Shown piece after piece: positions 16,772 through 28,877 of a stretch of 64,000 nt of DNA. The notes beneath the pieces are model-generated. The model worked only from the letters and a program-made list of their open reading frames with translations. It made no database searches and had not been told where the DNA came from. Numbering within the stretch: position 1 is the stretch's first letter; each line of letters begins with the position of its first letter. The position numbers were made by a program, and so were the translations under genes. Origin of the DNA: Candidatus Poribacteria bacterium (GTDB lineage: Bacteria > Poribacteria > WGA-4E > WGA-3G); assembly GCA_963665235.2 (NCBI GenBank), contig CAXXLX010000001.1, positions 4,160,001 to 4,224,000 on the forward strand. Reading direction: 5' to 3'.

Positions 16772-19270
16772 TCAGAATTCGAGGGTTAAACCGAAATAGA
16801 GCAGTCGGGGCAGCTGTCCGCTTTCATCGATTTCCTGCTCTTCAATTTCGACCTCCTCACCCTGTATCTCAAATGTTCCCTCTTTAAGAATAAACTGGAT
16901 AGTATTTTTACGGTTGTAGATATTGAGAATTTCAATGAACCCGCCCATCTTCATCCCAAGAAGGTTCCACTTGCGACTTATTCGGAAATCTAATCTGTGA
17001 TACGGCGTAAGTTTCGCATCTAAAGCACGGTCAAAACTTGCGAAGAGCGGATTCAACCCACGGGTCACCGGGTCTTGAACGAGGACAATCGCACTAAAAG
17101 GGGCTTCAGAGGTACCGCTTAAGTATTGCCACTTTGCTCCTATTTCAAAATCGGAGCTGAAGTTATAGTTCCCGACGATGCTAACGATGTGTGTGTTATC
17201 AAAAAGATGGGGTTGGAAGGACACGTTCGGATTCTCACGGCGTTCCGCGTGTGTATAGCTGTATGAAATCCATCCGAAAAACTTATCCCGAACACGGTGC
17301 CGCAGAAACGCTTCTAGCCCACCAACAAAACCGGTACCTTGATTAAGAAAGTTGGATACCTCATCCTCGGTGACCAATTTCTGTGCGTCCTTGTAATACG
17401 TAGCAAACTTAAACTCGGTTTGAGATGAGAGTGCGTGTTCTATCTCCATGATATAATGGCGGGTGAGGCTAGATTTTAGTGCTGCATTGCCGTTCTCTCC
17501 GAGCAGCTCAGAAAGTTGTGGGCTCTGTTCATAGTGTCCGTAGGCGAAACGGAGTTTGGAGCCGACCGGTAGTTCAATGCTTACGCTGGCACGGGGTTGA
17601 ACAGAGACCTGCTTTATCAGGTCTAAGTAATCAAATCTAACGCCGAGCGCAACTGAAAGTCCAGGCATAGGGTCGTATCGCGTTTGTAGGTACCCCTCAG
17701 CGCGTTGCAAATCGTGTCCGAATTCGTAGTCTCTTATGTCTCTAGTACGCAGCCGTGGAAAACCATCATCGTCATATTCTACCTTGTTCGGATCGGTTTC
17801 TAGTAATTCGTCCAATGTTTCTCCAACCAGCACCTCTTCGCTAAGCGTTGGAAAATCGGAATGTTCCGTACTGTTGGCAGGACTGAAAGCAAACAGAAAG
17901 CCCGGTTCAAGTCGGAGCGAAGGTGTTAAATCATAAACCACGTCTTCACGGAGCGTGTAGACCGGAACGTGTACCTTTAACTTGTAGGCAAAACGTTCTG
18001 TGGATGTAGATGTGTCAGTATCAATAAGCTCGCCCTCTTCAGTCCACGTGTGAGTTCTTGTTTCTTCTGAAACAATTGCATCTAGGTCTATATCAAGCAA
18101 ATTGAATGAACGGGTAAGTGATAAATGGGATGTGAGTTTTTCGGTGAATTTTGAACGGAGATGGATGCCCTGCCCATTAAAACCGTTTTTGAAAAAGATA
18201 GAAGATTTCGTATCCTCAGAAACACTTGTTTCATAAGTGGATTTTATAGCAGAACCTTCAGAAACTTCTATTACTGAGCCTTTAGCAGTTTTTGTTTCCT
18301 GGGTTTCGTCCGATTTAAAGTGAAAATGGTCGGTTGCCGCGAACGCATTCAGTGTGAGGATGTGGTTTTCGGAGAACGGGTAGACGAATTTCAATTGATA
18401 GTCTGAAAAATAGGGGAACTGTTGTTCCTCACCTGTCTGTTGTTCATAAATCGGTCCAACGATGAGGTCTATATAACTTCTGCGTCCGGAGACAGAGAAA
18501 TATCCCTTACCTATTCCCCCCTCAATTAATCCTTCAGAATAAAAAATATTTAGGTTAAATTTTCCATCGAGCTGCGCTTCTATGCTGTCCCGGGCGTGGA
18601 TGTCAAGCACCGCTTGCGAGTCTAATCCGAACTCGGCTCCGTAACCCCCCGCGTAGATGTCAATAGTATCAATGGTTTCCGAACTGATGGTTGAAAGCAG
18701 CCCGCCCCAATGAAAAGGATAGCCGAGCGGGGTGCGGTCAAGATAGTAGAGGTTTGCCCCCGGTTCAGTGCCACGAATATAGAGCACACCGAAGTAATCA
18801 TTGGGAATGCCAATACTGGGAAGCGTTGTTAATCCTTTGAGTGCATCATTCATTGCCCCCGGAATGCGGAGGAGTTCACTTCCACGGATGTCCTTTCGGC
18901 TCACCGTCGGCGGTACGCGTTCCCCCTCGACGACGACTGTTTCCAATTCGAATACGTCACCGAGGTACATTTTCGCTTGTGTGGTATGTCCCGCTGTCAC
19001 CTCAACAGAAGTTGTCGTCGGGGCAGTGAAAGATGGATGTGTGATTATGAGGGTGTATGTGCCGGGGGGAATTTTTGTGAACCAGACTTTTCCATCGGCA
19101 TCACTTTTTTGACGTTCACCGGTTTCAAGGATACGAACTTCGGCACCTACAAGTAATTCGCCTGTGTTTTGGTTATAGACGGTGCCTTCAATAGTGCCCG
19201 TTTGCGCGAATGCAGAGAGCGGAAGCATCACGGCAAAAAACAGACAGATTAAAAATTTGCACAATTTCAT
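16772..19270 (-). CDS. TonB-dependent receptor, paralogue of 14189-16414 with long acidic loop insertions
   Basis: Same architecture and motifs; ends LTLEF. Confidence 0.95.
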   Translation of the reverse strand: MKLCKFLICLFFAVMLPLSAFAQTGTIEGTVYNQNTGELLVGAEVRILETGERQKSDADGKVWFTKIPPGTYTLIITHPSFTAPTTTSVEVTAGHTTQAKMYLGDVFELETVVVEGERVPPTVSRKDIRGSELLRIPGAMNDALKGLTTLPSIGIPNDYFGVLYIRGTEPGANLYYLDRTPLGYPFHWGGLLSTISSETIDTIDIYAGGYGAEFGLDSQAVLDIHARDSIEAQLDGKFNLNIFYSEGLIEGGIGKGYFSVSGRRSYIDLIVGPIYEQQTGEEQQFPYFSDYQLKFVYPFSENHILTLNAFAATDHFHFKSDETQETKTAKGSVIEVSEGSAIKSTYETSVSEDTKSSIFFKNGFNGQGIHLRSKFTEKLTSHLSLTRSFNLLDIDLDAIVSEETRTHTWTEEGELIDTDTSTSTERFAYKLKVHVPVYTLREDVVYDLTPSLRLEPGFLFAFSPANSTEHSDFPTLSEEVLVGETLDELLETDPNKVEYDDDGFPRLRTRDIRDYEFGHDLQRAEGYLQTRYDPMPGLSVALGVRFDYLDLIKQVSVQPRASVSIELPVGSKLRFAYGHYEQSPQLSELLGENGNAALKSSLTRHYIMEIEHALSSQTEFKFATYYKDAQKLVTEDEVSNFLNQGTGFVGGLEAFLRHRVRDKFFGWISYSYTHAERRENPNVSFQPHLFDNTHIVSIVGNYNFSSDFEIGAKWQYLSGTSEAPFSAIVLVQDPVTRGLNPLFASFDRALDAKLTPYHRLDFRISRKWNLLGMKMGGFIEILNIYNRKNTIQFILKEGTFEIQGEEVEIEEQEIDESGQLPRLLYFGLTLEF

Positions 19271-19427
19271 AACTCCTGTGGTATTTGCATAATTCGGCTA
19301 AATCTTCGCTGCATTCAACAACAGCGAATAGCAATCAGTAATAGGACTCAGCTAAAAAGCAGGAAAGAGGAGTCTCTCTGATTTGAAAGTATAGTCAATC
19401 AATTTACCTAATTCCTGCTTTATTAAA

Positions 19428-19456
19428 ATTTTAGCAGAATTACGCGTTTTATGCAA
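19428..19456 (-). promoter_or_regulatory. Sigma70-type promoter for the TBDR cluster
   Basis: Minus strand TTGCAT-N17-TAAAAT. Confidence 0.55.
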
Positions 19457-19502
19457 CGAAATAATTGCGTTCATTCTTGGGGGCTGATTTGGTCCCGATT
19501 GG

Positions 19503-20261
19503 TTATCGCGCCAACTCTTCCCATAATGCGCGATAAAAATTCATGACACGCACAGGGTCGGAGCTGCCTGCGATCTCTGCCAAGCAGTAGCCGGAATATC
19601 CGGACGTTTTCAGCGATGTAAACAGTTCCCGCCACGGATATTCACGGCGATGCAGCTCTGTGATATGTACCAGGCCGATTCTGCCCTTCACAAGGTCAAA
19701 GTTTTTCTTAATGGACCCATTTTCCACTTCGCCGAAGTTAGAATTCCAGCACACATAAACGTTGTCATGGTCAGCGACATCAATAATTGTGCGGATATGT
19801 CGGAGTTCGGAGGTGCCGCCGCCGTGTACTTCCAGGCGGATTTCCACGCCGAGGTCCGCTGCGAATTCACCGCATTCGCGAAGTGCGATGCCAATCTGTT
19901 CGAGGGTTTTTTCCACGGGGACCTCCGCGGGGAGGCCATTGGGGCGTACCTTCACGCCCGGGGCACCTACATCCGCTGCCAGCTGTGAGTATGTCTTCGT
20001 GCCCTCTATATTTCGTCTGACAGCATCCTGGTCGGGTGAATGATAGTCAAAAGCGGAGCCTAGACCGGCGAGTGCAATCGGTGAATCCTCAAACTGCTGC
20101 TTAACTGCTGCCCGTTCATTTGCGGAGAGGTTGACCTCAACGCCGTGGGCGTGCGTCGTCCGCAATTCTACTCCCGTAAATCCGGTTTCCGTACACCGCT
20201 GAATGATAGTCGGAATATCCCAATCTTTTGCCATATTATACGTAACTAAACCGAGTTTCAT
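19503..20261 (-). CDS. Sugar-phosphate isomerase/epimerase (xylose isomerase-like TIM barrel)
   Basis: GFTGVELR, IRLEVHG, VHITE, GYSGYCLAE. Confidence 0.85.
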   Translation of the reverse strand: MKLGLVTYNMAKDWDIPTIIQRCTETGFTGVELRTTHAHGVEVNLSANERAAVKQQFEDSPIALAGLGSAFDYHSPDQDAVRRNIEGTKTYSQLAADVGAPGVKVRPNGLPAEVPVEKTLEQIGIALRECGEFAADLGVEIRLEVHGGGTSELRHIRTIIDVADHDNVYVCWNSNFGEVENGSIKKNFDLVKGRIGLVHITELHRREYPWRELFTSLKTSGYSGYCLAEIAGSSDPVRVMNFYRALWEELAR

Positions 20262-20270
20262 AAATTCTCC

Positions 20271-20843
20271 TTATTGAAAAAGTTGTGCCACTGGACAGGA
20301 AAAACCTTCGACAACGTCTTCTCCTGTAAGTATATCTTTGCGTGTGAGTATCTCAATATCTGTTTCCGAACGGTACACCGTCACCGTTTTCACGACAGGT
20401 TCGATAATCCACACAAGACGTGTCCCCGCGTTCAGATAGGCGAGTGCTTTCTCGGCCACCTTATACTGTGAATCTGATGGCGAAACCACCTCAACGGCGA
20501 GCTCTGGCGGGACTGGTGATCCTTGTCGTCTGTTTTCAGGCAATTGTGCTGTTGAAACAAACGCGATATCCGGTTTTACCACCCGGTCACCGAGATTAAA
20601 TGTGGTATCCGCTGGATACAAGCGGCCTAACTGTTTTTCGCGAATGTATGCGCCTAGAGATAAAGTAAGGCTCATACTTATCTCGCCGTGCTCCAGTGTT
20701 GGCGGTGCCAGGGGTATTAATTCCCCGTTCACATATTCGTATCCCTCTATATCGCTCCGAAGGAATTCTTCCAGTGTCATATCCGTTTTTATCGGGGCAA
20801 GGGATATCAAAGCCTGTTCGTAACCGTCTTTTGGAACTTGCAT
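20271..20843 (-). CDS. Uma2-family (PD-(D/E)xK) endonuclease
   Basis: YEYVNGEL, KPDIAFV, PELAVEVVSPSD, YLNAGTRLVWII. Confidence 0.93.
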   Translation of the reverse strand: MQVPKDGYEQALISLAPIKTDMTLEEFLRSDIEGYEYVNGELIPLAPPTLEHGEISMSLTLSLGAYIREKQLGRLYPADTTFNLGDRVVKPDIAFVSTAQLPENRRQGSPVPPELAVEVVSPSDSQYKVAEKALAYLNAGTRLVWIIEPVVKTVTVYRSETDIEILTRKDILTGEDVVEGFSCPVAQLFQ

Positions 20844-20930
20844 AATTTAAATCCACCTTTTTCACTTGCTTTATACTGCTTTTTTTTGATATAATTTGGC
20901 ATAACCAAGACAGTAAAGGAGTACACAACT

Positions 20931-21758
20931 ATGGCATACGCACTTGAAGACGAATTTGGTGACATCATCGGCAAAGCGCGCCGGGGACAACATTTGTCCC
21001 AAAGCGAAATCGCTGCGGCGGCTGGAATTACAGAGACACAGCTGGCTCACATGGAAAAGTATACCTTAAAACCGACAGAAACACAAGTTTATAAACTTGC
21101 AGAGGTACTTAATTTAGATGGTGCGAAGCTGCTTGACATTGCAATGGAACGTTGGGAGCCCGAGCCTATAGGACAAATCGATGATGGGAGTCTAGACGTT
21201 ATCACGGTCAGTGCGCCGGTTGGCGGGTGGCCGGTCAACGCCTACCTTTTAATCTGCAAGGCTACCGATGCCGCTGCGATTATTGACACCGCTGCGCATC
21301 CGAACCTTATTTTGGAACAACTAGACGCTCGTAAAGTCAATCCGACAGCGATTCTTTTGACGCACGCCCACAGCGACCACACCGATGGGTTGTCCGAACT
21401 TCAAGCCGCTACTGGCTGCGAAACTTACATTCATAAAAACGAACCGAAACCGCGAAGTGCTAAAGAACTTTGCGAATTAGAACACGCGGATGTTATCGCT
21501 ATCGGCGCGCTCATGGTCACGGTGGTGGATACGCCCGGTCACACCCCCGGCGGGTGCAGCTTCCTCACACAGACAGCCGCATTCGTGGGGGATGCTATCT
21601 TTGCTGGGTCTGTTGGTGGCCCGAACATCTCCTATCAAGATGAGATTGATAGTGTGCGCGATAACCTGCTCTCGCTCCCGAATGAAGTACGCCTTTTTCC
21701 CGGACACGGTCCTACGACAACGGTTGGAGAAGAGAAGCAACACAACCCGTTTTTCTAG
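20931..21758 (+). CDS. XRE-type HTH fused to MBL-fold metallo-hydrolase
   Basis: IGKARRGQHLSQSEIA..(HTH); THAHSDH, TPGHTPG, GDAIF, PGHG. Confidence 0.9.
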   Translation: MAYALEDEFGDIIGKARRGQHLSQSEIAAAAGITETQLAHMEKYTLKPTETQVYKLAEVLNLDGAKLLDIAMERWEPEPIGQIDDGSLDVITVSAPVGGWPVNAYLLICKATDAAAIIDTAAHPNLILEQLDARKVNPTAILLTHAHSDHTDGLSELQAATGCETYIHKNEPKPRSAKELCELEHADVIAIGALMVTVVDTPGHTPGGCSFLTQTAAFVGDAIFAGSVGGPNISYQDEIDSVRDNLLSLPNEVRLFPGHGPTTTVGEEKQHNPFF

Positions 21759-21792
21759 TTTATAAATTTAGCGTGCATGTGAGGTTTGAGTA

Positions 21793-22815
21793 TTGTTATC
21801 GTATCTTGTCCAGCGTCTGCTTTCGATCGGTTTATCGCTTATAGGGGTCTCGCTGCTCGTTTTCTTTATGGTGCATCTGATTCCGGGGGATGCAGCCCTC
21901 GCTATTTTGGGAGAACGTGCTTCTGAAGAGGCCCTAACACAACTCCGTGAGGAGATAGGGCTTGACAAACCGCTCTACTATCAGTACGGAAAATTTCTTT
22001 GGGATGCTGTGCATCTCGATTTCGGTCGCTCCTTTAAGACAAGACAGCCTATTGTAGACGAAATCAAACGTTATTTTCCTGCGACAGCTGAATTAACGCT
22101 CGCCGCGATGGCGTTTTCAATCCTATTCGGCATTATCGCTGGTATCATCGCTGCTGTCTATCGGGGCCGGTTCTGGGATTACTTTTCCATGTCCACCTCG
22201 CTTGCTGGCATCTCCATGCCAATCTTCTGGCTAGGGTTGATGCTTATTCTACTCTTTTCCTACTATCTCGGTCTATTTCCAAGCACAGGCCGGTTGGATG
22301 CGGTGTTAGATTTGGACATTCAGTCCCGCACTGGGTTTTATCTAATTGATACGCTTATAGCGGGAAATTTTGCGGCCTTTCGGAACGCTGTTTCACATCT
22401 CATTCTCCCTGCAATTACGCTTGGCACTATTCCGTTAGCGATTATCGCCCGGATGACCCGTTCCAGTCTGCTTGAAGTTCTCAATCAGCCTTATATTACG
22501 ACAGCGTACGCCAAAGGTTTGTCACAGTGGCAGGTTATCATTAAACACGCGATGAAAAATAGCATGGTGCCGGTGTTGACCGTCATCGGACTTGAATTTG
22601 GTTATCTCATGGGGGGTGCTATTTTAACTGAACATATTTTCTCTTGGCCCGGGCTGGGCTCGTGGTTACGGGATTCGGTTGAAGCGCGCGATGTCCGTGC
22701 GGTTCAAGGCGGGGTGCTTTTCGTTTCAGCTCTATTTATGTTTGTCAACCTCATCGTCGACCTATTATACGCCTACGTTGACCCGCGTATTCGAGTCGGA
22801 GAGGAGACGACATGA
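21793..22815 (+). CDS. dppB: Dipeptide/oligopeptide ABC permease
   Basis: LIPGD, DFGRS, FPATAEL, SMPIFW, EAA-like TAYAKGL, FSWPGLG. Confidence 0.9.
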   Translation: MLSYLVQRLLSIGLSLIGVSLLVFFMVHLIPGDAALAILGERASEEALTQLREEIGLDKPLYYQYGKFLWDAVHLDFGRSFKTRQPIVDEIKRYFPATAELTLAAMAFSILFGIIAGIIAAVYRGRFWDYFSMSTSLAGISMPIFWLGLMLILLFSYYLGLFPSTGRLDAVLDLDIQSRTGFYLIDTLIAGNFAAFRNAVSHLILPAITLGTIPLAIIARMTRSSLLEVLNQPYITTAYAKGLSQWQVIIKHAMKNSMVPVLTVIGLEFGYLMGGAILTEHIFSWPGLGSWLRDSVEARDVRAVQGGVLFVSALFMFVNLIVDLLYAYVDPRIRVGEETT

Positions 22816-23672
22816 ACACTACGACACCAGCGACTACGCAACGTCATATTTTTCGGAAGCTTCTCCGCCATCGCTCCGCGACTATCGGTGCATCCATTAT
22901 CCTGTTTTTCGTCATCGTTGCCATTTTTGCCCCGCTTATTGCAACGCACGACCCACGGCAAGCTAATATCGTTGTGCGTTTACAAGGTTCATCAACAGCA
23001 CACCTGCTCGGTACAGATGGTGTCGGTCGTGACATCTTCAGTCGCATTGTTTACGGGTCTCGCATTTCGTTGAAGGTAGGTTTTATCGCGATGATTTTTT
23101 CGCTAGGCGTAGGTGCCGTATTCGGTGCGATTGCAGGCTACTACGGCGGTTGGCTTGACAATGTGATTATGCGTGTGATGGATATGATGCTCGCTATGCC
23201 GAGTATTCTGCTCGCCATGGTGATTGTGACGATTTTGGGACAAAGTCTGACGAATGCGATTATTGCTGTTTCTATCGTCTATATTCCGCAGTATGCAAGG
23301 ATTCTGCGCGCTTCTGTCCTCAAAGTTCGAGAATTAGACTACGTCACCGCTGCGAAGGTTATCGGGGCAAGCGACATGCGTATCCTGTTCACGACTGTTC
23401 TCCCGAATTGCCTTGCGCCGTTGATTGTTCAAGCCACTTTAGGCATTGGTGCTGCGATTTTAGATGCGGCAGGGCTCAGCTTTCTCGGGCTCGGTGCCGA
23501 AGTGGGTGAACCTGAATGGGGTGCAATGCTGAATGAAAATAGGAAATTCATCTTTGACCGCCGTGCAGCTTTAACGGTTATCGCTCCCGGCACCGCTATT
23601 TTCTTGGTGGTCTTAGGTTTTAACCTCCTCGGCGATGCCCTTCGAGATGCCCTTGACCCACAAATAGATTAA
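22812..23672 (+). CDS. dppC: Dipeptide/oligopeptide ABC permease
   Basis: HLLGTD..GRDIFSR..YG.RISL, YVTAAKVIGA, LSFLGLG, GFNLLGDALRDALDP. Confidence 0.9.
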   Translation: MNTTTPATTQRHIFRKLLRHRSATIGASIILFFVIVAIFAPLIATHDPRQANIVVRLQGSSTAHLLGTDGVGRDIFSRIVYGSRISLKVGFIAMIFSLGVGAVFGAIAGYYGGWLDNVIMRVMDMMLAMPSILLAMVIVTILGQSLTNAIIAVSIVYIPQYARILRASVLKVRELDYVTAAKVIGASDMRILFTTVLPNCLAPLIVQATLGIGAAILDAAGLSFLGLGAEVGEPEWGAMLNENRKFIFDRRAALTVIAPGTAIFLVVLGFNLLGDALRDALDPQID

Positions 23673-23685
23673 GAGTGCCAAAATC

Positions 23686-25998
<2,313 letters not shown>

Positions 25999-26041
25999 TC
26001 TACGAAACGACACGAACCGGCCGCTGATAAACCTATTTGCG

Positions 26042-27466
26042 TCACAACGTGTGTGCCGACAAATTATTGGCAAGGGTTAACCGTCGCTGCCGCGTAAACG
26101 TGCGTGGTCGGGTGAACCCTTCTCCTGTCGGTCCGGCGATAGTCATTGCTAAGAAACCTTCGCCTTCTAAACCACAAGAGGCATAAGAGGGCGCATTGAC
26201 AACCACGACGCTGCAATTCATCGCCTTTGTGTATTGTGTGATACGCGCGGTGTTATTGGTGTGGAGCATAGCGGTATGTCCACGGCCGCCATCTGCTGCG
26301 ACGGCACCGTTGACCGCCTCATCAAAATCACGACACCGAACGACCGGCAGAATGGGCATCAGATATTCGTTGATAACGAACTCGTGGTCGGCTGGCACTT
26401 CTACCACAATCGCGACCGTCTGCGGCGGTGCTGTAATGCCTGCCGCCTCCAAAATGACCTTTGCGGATTTACCGATGTATTGCTTGTTAGATTCCCCGTT
26501 TTCAGTGACAACCGCCTCAAGTGCCTCACGTTGGCTCGCGCCAAGCAGGTGTCCCCCGTTTTGCGTTAGTTCTCGGACCGTTTCATTTGCAACCGATTCA
26601 ATGACAAAAAGTGCTTTCTCGCCGATGCAAAGGAGGTTGTTATCAAAACTGGTCCCTGCAATAACGTGCTGTGCGGCTTTTGAAATATCGGCTGTCTCGT
26701 CAATAATAGCGGGTGGGTTTCCGGGACCCGCGGCGATTGCCTTTTTTCCACTCGATAACGCTGCTTTGACAACGCTGGCTCCGCCTGTTGCAACTAACAG
26801 TGCCACATCGGGATGTGCCATAATCTCTTTTGCTGTCCGCAGATTCGCATCTGCAACTGACGTTAATAGATTAGCGGGACCGCCTGCTTTCACAATCGCC
26901 TCGTTAATCACATGCATCGTCTCTTCTGTGCAGTCCCGTGCATTGGGATGCGGACTAAACACAACCGCATTGCCAGCCGCAAGCATAATAATTGCATGAT
27001 TAATCACTGTCGAGGTCGGATTGGTTGTCGGTGTAATTGAATTGATAACGCCGAACGGAACATACTCAATCAGCAGGGTACCGGTATCTCCGGACATCGC
27101 CTCGGAGAGGAGGTCTTCCATCCCGGGTGAAAGATGGACGGCTCCTTCATTTTTCATCACCTTGTGTTCTGAGTTGCCCATGTTCGTCTCTTGAACTGCC
27201 AGGTCCGCGAGCCGTTTGGCGTTATCAAGCGAAGTCTGTTTGATTGCCTCAATAATTTCGCCTCTTTTTGCAAACCCGAGTTTGACGAGGGCTTCCTGTG
27301 CTGTCTTTGCTGCGCCGATAGCCTCGTCTACAGTCGTGAAAACGCCTGACCGGGTAGAACTCGCCCCCGGTGTCACAGTCGGTGCACTAACTGTTCCGTC
27401 GCGTTGTAGTGTTGTTAGGACTTGTGAAACAATTTCTTCAATCTGTTTCTCATCAATTTGTGCCAT
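26042..27466 (-). CDS. Microcompartment-associated CoA-acylating aldehyde dehydrogenase (EutE/PduP-like)
   Basis: N-terminal encapsulation-peptide-like IEEIVSQVLTTL + linker; TPTTNPT, ATGG, AGPGNPP, SFDNNLLCIGEK, GPTGEG.T.PRTFTR.RR. Confidence 0.92.
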   Translation of the reverse strand: MAQIDEKQIEEIVSQVLTTLQRDGTVSAPTVTPGASSTRSGVFTTVDEAIGAAKTAQEALVKLGFAKRGEIIEAIKQTSLDNAKRLADLAVQETNMGNSEHKVMKNEGAVHLSPGMEDLLSEAMSGDTGTLLIEYVPFGVINSITPTTNPTSTVINHAIIMLAAGNAVVFSPHPNARDCTEETMHVINEAIVKAGGPANLLTSVADANLRTAKEIMAHPDVALLVATGGASVVKAALSSGKKAIAAGPGNPPAIIDETADISKAAQHVIAGTSFDNNLLCIGEKALFVIESVANETVRELTQNGGHLLGASQREALEAVVTENGESNKQYIGKSAKVILEAAGITAPPQTVAIVVEVPADHEFVINEYLMPILPVVRCRDFDEAVNGAVAADGGRGHTAMLHTNNTARITQYTKAMNCSVVVVNAPSYASCGLEGEGFLAMTIAGPTGEGFTRPRTFTRQRRLTLANNLSAHTL

Positions 27467-27717
27467 TCAGCCCTCCAATATATGAAAGTAGGCATGCTGC
27501 GAAACCGGTGTCTCCGAGCGATGCCTTGCTGGCAATAAATTAAGCGCAGCCGCTCGAAGCATTGCTAAAACTTCCGCGTTGATTCGGCAATTTGTATTCA
27601 GCTATGATGCGGTTTCTGTTCAAGCCGGCTCCAAGCTGAAAATAGCTCAAAACCTTTTTCACTCTCTCCGTAAGGCGCGATGCCGATGTCGCGCCAGGTC
27701 CAGTGCAAAACGTGGAT

Positions 27718-28062
27718 TTACGACTTATCCGCGGCTTTGCTGGCAGCGGGTGCTGCGTCTTTTGTATCTTTGCTGGCAGCGGGTGCTGCGTTACCACCGA
27801 GAATGGATTCTACATCTGAATGCGGACGGGGTATAACGTGTACCGATACGAGTTCACCGACCGCTTTTGCAGCTTCAGCCCCGGCATCTGTTGCCGCCTG
27901 CACTGCGCCGACATCTCCGCGAACCATGACGGTCACAAAACCACCGCCTACCTGTTGTTTTCCGCTCAATTTGACGTTCGCGGCTTTGACCATGGTATCG
28001 GCAGCTTCAATCGCGCCGATTAATCCGCGTGTTTCAACCATTCCTAATGCTTCATTGTTCAT
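27718..28062 (-). CDS. BMC-H hexameric shell protein (EutM/PduA-like) with Ala/Lys-rich tail
   Basis: [40 protein letters not shown]. Confidence 0.96.
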   Translation of the reverse strand: MNNEALGMVETRGLIGAIEAADTMVKAANVKLSGKQQVGGGFVTVMVRGDVGAVQAATDAGAEAAKAVGELVSVHVIPRPHSDVESILGGNAAPAASKDTKDAAPAASKAADKS

Positions 28063-28174
28063 GTGAGTTAGCTCCTTATCTGTTTAAAAAATAGAATGCT
28101 CCGCACCGTGCACCTCACTTGTGAAGTTGTCTTATGGACAAGCACAGTACTTTTTATCAAATATGTCTTTAAAA

Positions 28175-28258
28175 ATGATACTACAAATTTCAATTTTCTG
28201 CAAATTATTTTTTCACTGTAACAAAAAGTTTGACACAATTCGGAATCTGTGATACACT
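28175..28258. promoter_or_regulatory. Divergent sigma70 promoters for the BMC operon (-) and gspG (+)
   Basis: Minus TTGCAG-N17-TATCAT (28203-28175); plus TTGACA-N17-TACACT (28230-28258). Confidence 0.6.
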
Positions 28259-28337
28259 TTTTTTAGAAGTATTTATTGGACGCGAGACATCAATATAGCG
28301 AGCAAGTTCCCGCTAAGTAGTGTGCGGAGGCACGTAC

Positions 28338-28790
28338 GTGAAATCAATCGATTCTAAACAATCCGGCTTAACTCTCATACAGGTTTTAGTTATTATAGGG
28401 GTTCTCGGCGTTATTGCTGCAGTCCTTTTGGCACCCCGATTACTTGGACAGGCGGGCAGAGCTTTACAGGCAGAAGCGGCTAATCAAATAGAGTTGCTCG
28501 GCATTGCACTCGACAGATACGCCAAAGATAATGGCGATTATCCATCAACAGAACAAGGGGTGAAAGCACTTTGGGAGAAACCTGAAGAGCCCCCGCTTCC
28601 TATAAATTGGCTAGGCCCTTATATACAAATCCCAATTACGGTGGACCCCTGGGGTAATCCGTATATCTATATCCGCCCGGGAACGCACGACCGGTACGGG
28701 TACGACCTCATCTCCTTCGGAAGTGACGGTATTGAAGGCGGCACGGGGGAGGCAGAAGACGTAGTCAGCTGGATCCGACGTGACGAATAG
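28338..28790 (+). CDS. gspG: Type II secretion major pseudopilin GspG-like
   Basis: Prepilin G|LTLIQ; ALDRY..DNGDYPSTEQG..AL..W.GPY..DPWGNPY.Y..PG..YDL.S.G.DG; GGAGG before GTG 28338. Confidence 0.9.
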   Translation: MKSIDSKQSGLTLIQVLVIIGVLGVIAAVLLAPRLLGQAGRALQAEAANQIELLGIALDRYAKDNGDYPSTEQGVKALWEKPEEPPLPINWLGPYIQIPITVDPWGNPYIYIRPGTHDRYGYDLISFGSDGIEGGTGEAEDVVSWIRRDE

Positions 28791-28877
28791 GTCCCCGTAG
28801 TATCTTGAATCATCTATTGACGAATGACTAACGGTTATAATCTATTGACTAACGGCTTCTGATAATGGAGGAACATT

